Translations under genes and position numbers: made by a program
The notes under the pieces: generated by a model
What the model was told of the DNA's origin: nothing
Database searches by the model: none
Seen by the model: only the letters and a program-made list of their open reading frames with translations
Shown: in pieces, positions 28,293 to 37,668 of the stretch
How positions within the stretch are numbered: position 1 is the stretch's first letter
Layout of the letters: each line of letters opens with the position of its first letter
Assembly (NCBI GenBank): GCA_964608345.1
Contig: CAZSNG010000003.1
Coordinates: forward strand, 18,764-82,763
Reading direction: 5' to 3'
DNA length: 64,000 nucleotides
Source: an uncultured Thermotogae bacterium
GTDB taxonomy: Bacteria; Bipolaricaulota; Bipolaricaulia; UBA7950; UBA9294

Positions 28293-29157
28293 TGGGTTCC
28301 TCCTCGCTACACAGGCTGAGGTAGATCCCCGCGAGTATGATGGCCGCTCCGAGGAGGTTCAACCCGCCGGGGACCTCGCCGAAGAACGGGACGGCGAGCA
28401 TCGTCGAAACCACCGGCTCTCCGAGGACGAAGACCGACACACGCGACGCGGACAACCGTTTGAGAGCCCAGTTGATTGTCGAATGGCCGATCAGTTGTGG
28501 GATCACGGCGAGCAGCACGAGGTAGAGGGTGGTGGTCGGCGCGAAGCCGACGAGGCGGGTCCGCGTGGCCAGGCAGAGGGCCAGAACGAGGATCGCGGCC
28601 GTTCCGTACGTCGTTGCGGCGTACTCGGGCAAGGACACCGTTCGACGGACGCGCCGTCCGATCAGGAAGTAGGCCGCCGCCATCAGGCCGCCACCGAGGG
28701 CAAGCAGGTCGCCGCGGATTGCCGTGCCGCCGAACCGGAAGTCGCCGAATCCGACCAGCGCGCCGCCGATCGCGGCGATCACAATCGCCGCCGCCAGGAT
28801 CCGCGAGGGTCGTTCCCGGAGGAAGACGGCCGACCCGAGGCCGACGAAGACCGGGTGGGTCGACATGAACAGCACCGAGCTGGCGACCGTCGTGTGCTCG
28901 AGCGACGCGATCCACAGGACGAAGTGCACGCCCAGCGCGACGCCGGAGGCGATCGACCAGAGCAGCGTCCGCCGTGTCATCGTTCGCTCGCGGCGGAACA
29001 GCGCGAACGGTGCCAGGGCAAGCGCGGCGAGCGTCAATCGCCACGCAGCGATGGCGAACGGCGACGCCTCGCCGGCGAGGCGGATGAAGATGGCGCCGAA
29101 CGACACAGCGACGACGCCGAGTGCGATTCGTGGAATGAGCCATCCGTGGGCGCGCAT
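28276..29157 (-). CDS. EamA/DMT superfamily transporter.
   Basis: 293 aa, with ten predicted TM helices in two EamA-like halves. Overlaps ahcY by 17 nt. Confidence 0.7.
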   Translation of the reverse strand: MRAHGWLIPRIALGVVAVSFGAIFIRLAGEASPFAIAAWRLTLAALALAPFALFRRERTMTRRTLLWSIASGVALGVHFVLWIASLEHTTVASSVLFMSTHPVFVGLGSAVFLRERPSRILAAAIVIAAIGGALVGFGDFRFGGTAIRGDLLALGGGLMAAAYFLIGRRVRRTVSLPEYAATTYGTAAILVLALCLATRTRLVGFAPTTTLYLVLLAVIPQLIGHSTINWALKRLSASRVSVFVLGEPVVSTMLAVPFFGEVPGGLNLLGAAIILAGIYLSLCSEEEPNDTGP

Positions 29158-29175
29158 GTCGGGTCGACGTCGATT

Positions 29176-30054
29176 CTACCCGCTGAGCCCGAGGATCCGG
29201 AGGATCTCGGGCATCGCGTGACGCGCCGCCTCCTCTCCGGCCTCGATTCCGCAGCCAACGTCGCTGTAGCACGGCGGATCGTCGGAGAAGTCGGGACGGA
29301 TCAGCACGTCGGGCGGGTGGGCCGCGAGATGGACTTCGGAGAGGCGCTTCTGGAAGACGGTGGACATCTGGAAGAGGACCGAGAAGACACTCGGATGGAA
29401 GCGCCGGCCGTTTCCCGACGGTGGCCCCGGCGTCTTGGCGATCGAGAGCGCAAGTTCCCGCGCCTCGAGGTACGGGATGCCGGTGATCCGAACCTCCGCA
29501 GGGTCGACGAGGACGTCGATGCCGATCACCACGTCGGCGCCGAGTTGCCTCGCGACGTCGACAGGCATCGGATTCGAGACGCCGCCGTCGATCAGCAGAT
29601 GCCCGTCGAGCCAGACGGGGGCGAACAGGCCGGGGACCGAGAGGGAGGCGCGGATCGCGTCGACCAACGGTCCGCTCGTGATCCGATGCGGCTGGCCCGA
29701 TTGGAGGTCCGTCGCGACGGCGGCGAACGGGATCGAGAGATCCTCGATGCGCGGATTGCCGATCAAGCTTCTAAGGAGCCGTGTGATCCCGTTCCCGGAA
29801 CTCCAGCCGGACCACGGGATCGTCGGGAAGAGGGTCTTGAACACGTGACCGAACGAGCTCGATCGCCACAGGGACTCCATCTTGTCGAGTCCGAGGCCGG
29901 AGGCGTAGATCCCTCCCACCTGCGCGCCCATGCTCGTTCCGGCGATCACGTCCGGCTCGATCCCGTACTCCTGCAGGACCTTCAGAATTCCGACGTGCGC
30001 CGCCCCTCGCGCGCCCCCGCTCGAGAGTGCCAGCCCGATCCTCCGCTCACCCAC
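29176..30054 (-). CDS. Patatin-like phospholipase.
   Basis: Oxyanion GGARGAAHVG. Nucleophile GTSMGA (GxSxG). Catalytic DGG: LIDGGVSNPMP. Confidence 0.8.
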   Translation of the reverse strand: MGERRIGLALSSGGARGAAHVGILKVLQEYGIEPDVIAGTSMGAQVGGIYASGLGLDKMESLWRSSSFGHVFKTLFPTIPWSGWSSGNGITRLLRSLIGNPRIEDLSIPFAAVATDLQSGQPHRITSGPLVDAIRASLSVPGLFAPVWLDGHLLIDGGVSNPMPVDVARQLGADVVIGIDVLVDPAEVRITGIPYLEARELALSIAKTPGPPSGNGRRFHPSVFSVLFQMSTVFQKRLSEVHLAAHPPDVLIRPDFSDDPPCYSDVGCGIEAGEEAARHAMPEILRILGLSG

Positions 30055-30137
30055 AATGATTCACCGCTTGCATCGTAGCGGGAAACGAATCGGCCGCCAA
30101 TCGGCCGTGTTCGGGCCGAAGCGGCGTCCACAAAGGA

Positions 30138-30173
30138 AGCGCGGGGACCGTTCGACGCAACGCTCCCCGCGCT
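30138..30173 (-). terminator. Rho-independent terminator downstream of the ferredoxin gene.
   Basis: agcgcgggga pairs with tccccgcgct to give a 10-bp stem. On the minus strand it is followed by TTCCTTTG. Confidence 0.5.
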
Positions 30174-30187
30174 CAACTGCTCGAATC

Positions 30188-30355
30188 CTAGGCGATGGCG
30201 CCCACCGGGCACTGATCGACGGCGTCCTGGACGCAATCGGCGGTGGCTCCCTCAATGGCAACCGCCTTCCCCTCGGCGTTCATCTCGAAAGCATCGGCAC
30301 ACGCCTGTGTACACAGTCCGCAGCCGACGCAAAGGTCCTGATCGACCTTGGCCAT
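30188..30355 (-). CDS. Small [4Fe-4S]/[3Fe-4S] ferredoxin (55 aa).
   Basis: MAKVDQDLCVGCGLCTQACADAFEMN...CPVGAI (CxxCxxC...CP). Strong AAGGAGGAGG Shine-Dalgarno. The 325-aa listed ORF is an artefactual 5' extension antisense to the neighbouring gene. Confidence 0.8.
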   Translation of the reverse strand: MAKVDQDLCVGCGLCTQACADAFEMNAEGKAVAIEGATADCVQDAVDQCPVGAIA

Positions 30356-30508
30356 GAGATCCTCCTCCTTTCGTGAACTGATCATGCAGCATGAATCCAA
30401 TGGTGCGAAGGATATCACACGGTCGGAGCCCCGCCAACCGGATCGCTCGGACGGGGCGGTCGGATCGGCTATAGTCCTGCCGCAACTCAGGATGAGGGAG
30501 GGGATGGC

Positions 30509-31454
30509 ATGAAATGTCGCTTCGCCGTGTTGGCCGTCTGTCTTGCGGTGGTCTCTGCGATTGCCGTCGCACAGGACTCGATCGAGGAGGTGGTCGACCT
30601 GTTCGATCCGGACGGGGACGTTCACGTGGCGTTCTCCGACGAAGGGGAAGCGCAGCTCGAGCGGATCATCGCGGTGCTCCGGGAGACGCTCGGCGTGCCT
30701 GAGTACCTGGATGAAGAGTCGGAGGCCGAAGTCGGTGCGTTGCCCGTCGCGGCCGAGGACAAGGATCTGGTCAACAAGCTGTCGCAGGCGTACTACTCGT
30801 ACGCCGACGCGTTCCTGCGGGGGCGCCCGGACCAGCGCTCGACGTTCCTGAAGGGAAAGCAGTGGGGATTCAAGAGCCTGCGGATGAATCCGGCGTTCGT
30901 CGCGTTCGAAGAGCAGGGCGATTTCGTCGCCGCCGTCGAGGCGGAAACGGACGTGGCCGCACTGTTCTGGGCGAACGCCAACTGGCTGCGATGGGCCGAA
31001 CCGGACATCCTCAGCGCGATCAAGGCGGGCATCTCCAAGAAGTCGCTCGCGATCTCGGAACGGACGCTCGCGTTGGACGCCACGTACAGCATGTATGGAT
31101 CGTATCGGGCCCTCGGAGCGGTTCTGGCAGAGCATGCCGAGCAATCCGATCCTGTCGGTGTTCACCGGCGGCCTGATGCAGGACTACGCCAAGGTGCTCG
31201 CCAGCTTCTGCGCGGTCGTCGATGAGCCGGCGTTCTGCGAGGGCGATCCGATCGATCCGATCTGTGCCGCCTACTTCGAGAATCGCGTCCTATTCGCGCA
31301 GTACTACCTGATGCCGCTCGGCCACTGGGAAGACGCGGCACGCGTGCTTCGATCGGTGCTCGACGAGCCGATCGGAGACCTCTTCCCGCTGTACAACGGG
31401 CTCAACCAGTCGGTCGCGACCGAGCTTCTGGATGAGGCGCAGGGGAATCTGTAG
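30509..31454 (+). pseudogene. Secreted conserved hypothetical protein, paralog A of the gene at 31535..32500, interrupted by a 1-nt frameshift near 31120.
   Basis: ORF 30509..31225 aligns to paralog B up to ...YGSYRALGA. ORF 31095..31454 (reading frame +1) continues the alignment from FWQSMPSNPIL... to the C-terminus. Removing one G from ggagcgGttctgg restores GAFW, matching B's GAFWAG. Signal peptide: MKCRFAVLAVCLAVVSAIAVA. Confidence 0.65.
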
Positions 31455-31534
31455 CGACCGACAGGGACGCGTTTGTCCCGTTCGAACCGTTTCAGTATAT
31501 TGGGCCGCAATCAGCCCCTAGGAGGTCGAAGAGG

Positions 31535-32500
31535 ATGAGGAAACTGCTGCTGTTCACGTTGTGCGCGATGCTGGTCGGAGGCGGTGCGGCCGTCGCCATG
31601 ACGCTCGATGAGGCGTTGGCGTTGTTCCCGGGTACCGACATCATGATCCCCTACAACGACGAGGGGAGGGCGACGCTCGAAGCGATGCTCGAGGCGTTCC
31701 GCGAGGCGCTCGGTGTTCCCGCGGATCTCGACGAGATGGAAGAGATGGACGTGACGAACTTCGAGGTTGCCGCGGAGCTGAAGGACGTCGTCAACAAGCT
31801 GTCCCAGGCGCTTTACACATACTCCGATGCATTTCTCGCCGGGGATCCGGAGGAGCGCAACACGTACCTCAAGGGAAGGAACTGGGGATTCAAGAGCCTG
31901 CGGATGAGCGCGGACTTCGTCGCGATTGAAGGGGAGCCCGCCGATTCGTGGGAGGAGTTCGTCGACGCGGTGAACCAGGAGACCGATCTCAGTGCGCTCT
32001 ACTGGGCGGGAGCCAACTGGCTTCGGTGGGGCGAATTCAATCCGCTCCAAGCCGTTGCGGCGCTGATTCCGCAGCAGACCAATGCGATCTCCCTGCGCTG
32101 CATCGAACTGGACGAGACGTACATGAACTACGGCTCGTATCGTGCTCTGGGGGCATTCTGGGCCGGCCTTCCGCGCATGCCCCTCGGCAACTGGCGCAAG
32201 AACTTCAGCCGATCGCTCGGCTATTTCTGCCACATCGTCGACGAGCCGGAGATCTGCGCCGACTGGGATTGCGACGTCTGTCCGCCGCTCGATGGGTTCG
32301 ATCCGGCGGCAAACGAGTACCTCGAGAACCGCGTCTTCTTCGTCGAGTTCTACGTGATGCAGAGGGAGATGTGGGAGGACGCGAAGCGGATCCTCGATCA
32401 GGTTCTCACGGAACCGATCGGCGAGACGTACCCGCTGTACAACGCGATCTCCCTGGAGAAGGCTGCGACCTTCCTCGCGGAGGTTGAGGAGAAGCTCTAG
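31535..32500 (+). CDS. Secreted conserved hypothetical protein (321 aa), paralog B, with a C-terminal 4-Cys cluster.
   Basis: Signal peptide MRKLLLFTLCAMLVGGGAAVA. About 50% identical to paralog A throughout (e.g. VNKLSQALYTYSDAFL, KGRNWGFKSLRM, ANWLRW). Cys cluster: C...CADWDCDVC. No recognised catalytic motif. Confidence 0.7.
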   Translation: MRKLLLFTLCAMLVGGGAAVAMTLDEALALFPGTDIMIPYNDEGRATLEAMLEAFREALGVPADLDEMEEMDVTNFEVAAELKDVVNKLSQALYTYSDAFLAGDPEERNTYLKGRNWGFKSLRMSADFVAIEGEPADSWEEFVDAVNQETDLSALYWAGANWLRWGEFNPLQAVAALIPQQTNAISLRCIELDETYMNYGSYRALGAFWAGLPRMPLGNWRKNFSRSLGYFCHIVDEPEICADWDCDVCPPLDGFDPAANEYLENRVFFVEFYVMQREMWEDAKRILDQVLTEPIGETYPLYNAISLEKAATFLAEVEEKL

Positions 32501-32539
32501 TCCAGTCGCTCAGTTCAGGGCTGAGCGACCGGCCTTGGC

Positions 32540-32575
32540 AGAAGGGCTCAGCGAACGCTGAGCCCTTCTTCTGTA
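32540..32575 (+). terminator. Stem-loop terminator downstream of paralog B.
   Basis: agaagggctcagcg-aac-gctgagcccttct is a perfect 14/13-bp stem, followed by tctg. Confidence 0.5.
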
Positions 32576-32846
32576 GGCGAGCTATCCGACGTTGTGCTGC
32601 TGCCTGGCGAGGTGCGGATCGTTGGTCTTCCCTCTTTGCAGGGCGAGAGCAAGCCCTGCAGACGCAGCATCCCAGACGCCTGCTTTCTCATCCGACAGCA
32701 GGAAGTGCGCCGACGGCGCGCTCTCTGCTACCTGAAACGGAGCGGTTTCAGCGAGTGCGCTTCCCTATCCCACAGAAGAAGGCGCGCCGCCAACGGCGCG
32801 ACTTCTTCTCGCTGAAACGCAGCGGCGTTAGCCGCTGCGTTTCAGC
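32576..32846. repeat. Cluster of palindromic (REP-like) elements in a convergent intergenic region.
   Basis: Hairpins: tgcagggc..gccctgca; cctgct..agcagg; ctgaaac..gtttcag; agaagaaggcgcgccg..cggcgcgacttcttct; gctgaaacgcagcggc-gtta-gccgctgcgtttcagc (16-bp stem spanning the stop of the permease gene). The motif TGTAGGCGAGCT at 32572-32583 recurs at 43427-43438. Confidence 0.55.
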
Positions 32847-33652
32847 CGTCCGGCTTTCTTCGCATACCGCTCGACGTACCGGAAGATGAACAGTCCGAAG
32901 GCGATGACCCCCAAGCCGATGCCGATCAGCACGAAGACTGTCGGCAGGAGCTTCACGGTCGGCTCGCCCTCGAGCAGGCAAGCGCGCATCCCCCGGATCA
33001 CGTACGTTGCCGGCGAGGCGGCGGCGATCCGCTGCAGCCAGCCGGGCAGCGTCTCGATCGGATAGTAGACACCGGAGATCAACAGGAGGATCGCCGCGGC
33101 CGCGTTGGTCATCTGCGCCCCGCGCTCCGGGTACAGCAGCGGCAGCACCGCGGCGAGGATCCCGAGTCCGACGAACGACACGCTGCCGGCGAGTAGCATG
33201 AGCACTGCGCCGACCAGGTTCGCGCCGCCCAGATTCAGTCGGAAGAAGGCGACGACGATTCCGAGGATGACCAGGGTACGTACGATGCCGTAGCCGATCG
33301 CGAACAGCGTCGTGCCGACCAAGTGCGTCGGCCGGGAGACGGGCGCCATGAAGGTGTACTCGATCGTCCCCTCCCAGCGCTCCCATGCGATCATCTCGCT
33401 GATCGCGTAGAAGATCACCGACAGGTACTGCCAGATCAGCGCGCCGACGAGCAGGTACGTCACGACGTACTGCGTGTCGATCTCCTGCCCGGAGATCGCG
33501 CTCATCCCGTTGCCGATGTAGGTGATCGCGAGCGCGTTGGTCAGCGAGTAGATCAGCCAAACGATCTCCCAACCCCAGTACCGCTTGATCAGGTTGACGT
33601 TGCGTTCGACGAACGCGTAGGCGCCGCGCATCTCGCGGACGAACGTACTCAT
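32828..33652 (-). CDS. ABC-2 type transporter permease.
   Basis: The start is the ATG at 33652 (MSTFVREMRGAYAF) with GGAGGTG upstream. Six TM helices typical of ABC-2 permeases. ATGA overlap with the ATPase gene. Confidence 0.75.
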   Translation of the reverse strand: MSTFVREMRGAYAFVERNVNLIKRYWGWEIVWLIYSLTNALAITYIGNGMSAISGQEIDTQYVVTYLLVGALIWQYLSVIFYAISEMIAWERWEGTIEYTFMAPVSRPTHLVGTTLFAIGYGIVRTLVILGIVVAFFRLNLGGANLVGAVLMLLAGSVSFVGLGILAAVLPLLYPERGAQMTNAAAAILLLISGVYYPIETLPGWLQRIAAASPATYVIRGMRACLLEGEPTVKLLPTVFVLIGIGLGVIAFGLFIFRYVERYAKKAGRLKRSG

Positions 33653-34491
33653 GTCCCCACCTCCTCCTTCGCCTCGGCCTCCTCGAACGTGTGCCCGGTC
33701 AGCGCAATGAACACGTCCTCCATCGTCGTTGCGTCTCCGTTCTCCGACGGCACCGACGCCTTCAGCTTGTCCGGCGTATCGAGGGCGATGATCTCTCCCT
33801 CGTCGATGATCGCGATCCGATCGCACAGCCGGTCGGCCTCGCCCATGTCGTGCGTCGTGAGCAGCACCGTCGCGTCGTGCGCTTCGCGGATCTCGCGGAC
33901 GAACGCCTGCACGTCCCGCTTCGAGTGCGGGTCGAGGCCGGTGGTCGGCTCGTCAAGCAGCAACAGAATCGGCGAGGTCAGAAAGCCTCGGGCGACCGCG
34001 ACCTTCTGCTGCATCCCGCGCGACATGTGCTCCATGGGGTTGTTGAACGTCTCTTCCTTCAGGCCGAGACGCTTCATGATCGACCGCATCCTCGGCCGCG
34101 CCTCCTTGGCCTCGAGGCCGTACAGGCGTGCCGCGTACATCAGGTTCTCGATCGGCGAGAACTTCTTGAAGAATGCGGCGTCCACCGACACGCGGTTGAT
34201 CATCCGCTTCACGGCGAACGCATCGTGCTCGACATCATGTCCGAAGACGCGCAGGCTCCCGCTGTCGGGGAGCAGGAGGGTCGACACGAGGCGAATCAAC
34301 GTCGACTTCCCCGACCCGTTCGGGCCGAGGACGCCGAACACCTCGCCGCGCGCGACCGTCAGATCGATGTTCTTCAGCGCGACGACTTCTTCCTTCTTGC
34401 GCTTCCCAAGTGGGTTGCGGCGCTTGTGGGTTCGATCCTTGCGGACGAACGCCTTGCGCACGCGCTCGACTTCGAGTGCAGTGGTACGCAT
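33649..34491 (-). CDS. ABC transporter ATP-binding protein (ABC-2/DrrA-like).
   Basis: Walker A reads GPNGSGKST. Signature MSRGMQQKVAVA. Walker B reads LLLDEPTTGLD. AGGGAG Shine-Dalgarno before the ATG. Confidence 0.85.
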   Translation of the reverse strand: MRTTALEVERVRKAFVRKDRTHKRRNPLGKRKKEEVVALKNIDLTVARGEVFGVLGPNGSGKSTLIRLVSTLLLPDSGSLRVFGHDVEHDAFAVKRMINRVSVDAAFFKKFSPIENLMYAARLYGLEAKEARPRMRSIMKRLGLKEETFNNPMEHMSRGMQQKVAVARGFLTSPILLLLDEPTTGLDPHSKRDVQAFVREIREAHDATVLLTTHDMGEADRLCDRIAIIDEGEIIALDTPDKLKASVPSENGDATTMEDVFIALTGHTFEEAEAKEEVGT

Positions 34492-34780
34492 AACTGCTCC
34501 CTAGCTCTGTCTTTGAGGCAACCGACGAAACCGGCCAATGGTTCAGCGGTTGGGCGGAACCTCAAGGGTTCCGTGGGTGACGACAGACTGCTCTTCGAGC
34601 AGGGTGCCGAACGGCGGGCCGCGAGGGCCTTAGATGGCTAGCATCCTCATGTTGTTACTACCTCCCGAGAAGGCCCGGAAGGGGCCGGTATGGTCGAGCA
34701 GTGTAGCGGCTTGGAAGGGCCTGTGCAAGTGCAGTCTACCGAGGAAGCGCCAGCAGCTGGAAGCCAAACCCGGGCACCGG

Positions 34781-35125
34781 CTACGGGGCGAGATAGTGGA
34801 CGGCCGCCGCCGTCCCCCAAAGGATCGCGCTGATGAGCAGGCAGCAAAGCACCAACGCGTACCGTTGATCCATGTCGCGCAGATCCCGTCGGGCAAGATC
34901 GACGCCACGACTCTGGCTGACCGACTGTGCATAGGCGGTCACACCACGTGACCTCGCTCCGGACACCAGCGACAGCGCCGCGGCTGCGGCGGGGACCAGC
35001 CCGATGTAGGAGAGCGTTCTCACGACCGTTGCGCGCTCCGCCTGGCCGAGGATCAACAACAGCGAGACGGTCACGCCGATCACCGCTTCCGCCAGGATCA
35101 GAGTCTTCCCGAGTCGTTTGAGCAC
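34781..35125 (-). CDS. Hypothetical small membrane protein (114 aa, about 3 TM helices).
   Basis: Only hydrophobic-helix content supports it. It is co-oriented upstream of the ABC-2 genes, after a 290-bp spacer. Confidence 0.35.
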   Translation of the reverse strand: MLKRLGKTLILAEAVIGVTVSLLLILGQAERATVVRTLSYIGLVPAAAAALSLVSGARSRGVTAYAQSVSQSRGVDLARRDLRDMDQRYALVLCCLLISAILWGTAAAVHYLAP

Positions 35126-35214
35126 GCTTCCCCCATCTCACACAGTATCGAGTGAAAGAACCATACAAGCTACGCGCCGGATCGGCAACAAGGCAGTCGC
35201 GACGTGTTGACCGA

Positions 35215-35724
35215 CTACCAGTGGTTCCGCTTCACCTTCGCCGGATCGTATCGGTCGGAGGGCTCAGGTCGCTCGACCGGATGGCCGACAGCGACGACGG
35301 CCATCGGATAGACGGTGTCGGGGATCCCGAGGAGCCGTCGAACCTCCGCGACGCGTCCGTGGTACGGGTACAGCTCTTGCCAGACGGCGCCGAGCTCCAT
35401 CCCGTGGGCCGCGAGGAGAAGGTTCTGGATCGCCGCTCCGCAGTCGGCGAGCCAATGCATCTTCCACTTCATCGCGCCGATGTCGGCGCATACGACGATC
35501 AGCTGCGGCGAGACGTGATACGGCCCGCGCTCGATTTCGAGCGCGCCGATCGTGTCGCGGAGGTCCGGGTCATCGATCACGAGGAACCGCCACGGCTGCT
35601 GGTTCCCGGAGTTTGCGGCGGCCATCGCGGCGCGGAAGAGCCGTTCCAACTGGTCTTCGGTCAATGACTCGTCAGTGAACGCGCGGACGCTCCTTCGGGT
35701 ACGAATCGTCTCGAACAGATCCAT
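35215..35724 (-). CDS. Nitroreductase family protein.
   Basis: The start is the ATG at 35724 (MDLFETIRTRRSVRAFTDE...) with AAGGAG upstream. R-S-x-R FMN-binding motif present. The listed ORF 35215..36072 is an over-extension. Confidence 0.8.
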   Translation of the reverse strand: MDLFETIRTRRSVRAFTDESLTEDQLERLFRAAMAAANSGNQQPWRFLVIDDPDLRDTIGALEIERGPYHVSPQLIVVCADIGAMKWKMHWLADCGAAIQNLLLAAHGMELGAVWQELYPYHGRVAEVRRLLGIPDTVYPMAVVAVGHPVERPEPSDRYDPAKVKRNHW

Positions 35725-35861
35725 GTCATCTCCTTCTGAAGCCATCGGGTAGAGGCCGACGACATCAGACACGACGAAACACCGCAACAGGACCGAGTTC
35801 GTACGATTCGAGGATCGAGCAAGCGCGGGGCCACAGCTCCGGCCGGGCCCCGCGGCCTCAG

Positions 35862-36887
35862 CTACTCCGGCACGAGATTGATGCCAGGTCGCAGCTCCTT
35901 GACGTACGTGTGGCTCGCCCGGACTGAGCGCATGCCGACGCGCTCGTAGAGGGCGGGCGCTCCGGTTCGGTTCTCCGTATCGACATTGAGCGCGGCGCCC
36001 TGGATCCCACGCCGTTGGAACTCCCCGAACGCATGAAGCAGGAGAGCCTGGCCGATGCCTCTCTGGCGCCACGCCGGACGAACGCCGAAATCACGGATCA
36101 TCCCGTGTTCTGGGTCGCCTGGCGCCGCTGCGCTGCAGATGCAGAGCCCCACAACTTCACCCGAATCAGCTTCAGTTGCCAGGAACCAGAGGGACGCGTC
36201 GAAGCCGTCGTCCCGCATCAGCTGGCGCCACTCCTCGAGTTCCGTCTCGAAGGGCTGCTGGAGAATGCCGTAGTGGTCTGCGAACGCCTCGCAATAGGTC
36301 GTGACGAGTTCGGTGTCGTCCTGACCGGGCACGACGCTCCGAATCCGAATCCCATCGGGCCAACGTTCTGGCTTCGGCTGACACGTCGGATCTTGAGGCG
36401 AGTCGAACTCAACCTGCATCCAGTGGAAGGTACGGCTGTACTCGAAGCCATGCCGCTCCAGCTCCTGTTGCTCCGTCCTGTCCAGCTCCGATGTTCCCGC
36501 GACGAGCGCGATGCGCGCGTCCTCCGGAGCCTTCGGGATGACGCGGCGGGACTCCGCATCCAGCCATGCAAACAGATCGTCCCACAGCCATGCAGAAGCG
36601 TGGTGGTCCGGGTGAACTGAGTAACCGGCGAACACGTCCACTGGTGGATCCTTGACGTCGCGGACGTGGGCGTAGCCGATCAGCGCACCATCGGGGGCGA
36701 ACACGAGCCGGCTGTCGGTCGAGAGGTCGAACTGCGGGTGATCCCAGTTCCTGAGTACCCGCTCGGGCGTCGAAGGACGTTCACCGCGGGTGGCTTCCAT
36801 GCGGTCGTTCCAGAGTGCGGCAACACGCTCGGCGTCATCCGTCGTTGCGGATCGTGACGTGAAGCCGTCGGGCAAATGATCAGTCAT
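35862..36887 (-). CDS. Tandem GNAT-domain N-acetyltransferase (MshD-like architecture).
   Basis: Two acetyl-CoA binding motifs are present: the first in the N-terminal half, the second reading RQRGIGQALLLHAFGEF. Confidence 0.7.
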   Translation of the reverse strand: MTDHLPDGFTSRSATTDDAERVAALWNDRMEATRGERPSTPERVLRNWDHPQFDLSTDSRLVFAPDGALIGYAHVRDVKDPPVDVFAGYSVHPDHHASAWLWDDLFAWLDAESRRVIPKAPEDARIALVAGTSELDRTEQQELERHGFEYSRTFHWMQVEFDSPQDPTCQPKPERWPDGIRIRSVVPGQDDTELVTTYCEAFADHYGILQQPFETELEEWRQLMRDDGFDASLWFLATEADSGEVVGLCICSAAAPGDPEHGMIRDFGVRPAWRQRGIGQALLLHAFGEFQRRGIQGAALNVDTENRTGAPALYERVGMRSVRASHTYVKELRPGINLVPE

Positions 36888-37158
36888 CTAGCCTCCTAGG
36901 AGTATGGGAGGCCAGCGGCCGCGATGCGCCTAGACCAAGATGATTCTGCTCTGGAACGCGTTGTGTCGATCCAGCGTGCTATGCGGAACCAACACAGGGA
37001 GCGACCGCTGACCTCGATGATTTCGTCATACGGATCACCCCCTTTCGCCCTGACGGGCGCCGAAGATACGTCCATTCTACGGATCGGTGGTAGGGAAGCA
37101 AGGGCAAAGCAGGCTCGTGCACAGGAACACCGCATCCACACCGCTTTGGGCGAGAAGC

Positions 37159-37668
37159 CTACTCCTTGTACCCGATCATCCTGAGGAAGTCCTTGCGTTG
37201 CTGGGTCGCCTCTTCGTCTTCGACACCCTTGGGGGAGACCCCGTCGATAACGCCGAGGATACCTGCGCCCGTGCCACCGGCGCCTTCGGCGACGACCACC
37301 TGAACGGGGTTCGCAGTCGCACAGAAGATCCGGCAGATCTCCGGGACGCGCTTGACGGCGTGCATGACGTTGATCGGGAAGGCGTCCTGCAGGAAGACGA
37401 TGAACGAATGGCCGGCGCCGATCGCCTCGGCGTTGCGCACCGCGAGCGCTTCGAGTCTCTCATTCGTCCCTGAGTGACGGATCAGTGCCGGCCCGGACGC
37501 CTCGCAGAACGCGATCCCGAACTGAATGCCGGGGATCGCGGTGACCAGCGCCTCGTGCAGATCCTCGACCGTCTTGATGAAGTGCGACTGGCCGAGGATC
37601 AGGCTCAACTCATTCGGATTCTCGATCGGCACGAGTTTCAGATCGACGATCGCGTCCACTCCGCTCAC
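37159..37668 (-). CDS. Conserved hypothetical protein resembling COG1839/DUF355 (annotated in databases as adenosine-specific kinase).
   Basis: 169 aa. The stretch GQSHFIKTVEDLHEALVT...FCEASG...IGAGHSF is recalled from memory as similar to that family. ATGA overlap with the hisS stop. Confidence 0.45.
   Translation of the reverse strand: MSGVDAIVDLKLVPIENPNELSLILGQSHFIKTVEDLHEALVTAIPGIQFGIAFCEASGPALIRHSGTNERLEALAVRNAEAIGAGHSFIVFLQDAFPINVMHAVKRVPEICRIFCATANPVQVVVAEGAGGTGAGILGVIDGVSPKGVEDEEATQQRKDFLRMIGYKE

Noticed and set aside
30188-31165. 325-aa ORF containing the ferredoxin.
   Set aside because: Only the last 55 codons are ferredoxin. The rest is antisense to the paralog-A gene.
34492-34780. 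SRP RNA, RNase P RNA or tmRNA in this non-coding stretch.
   Set aside because: It contains a GGAA-tetraloop hairpin but lacks the AGCAGCC SRP domain-IV motif, the RNase P P4 sequences and the tmRNA termini.
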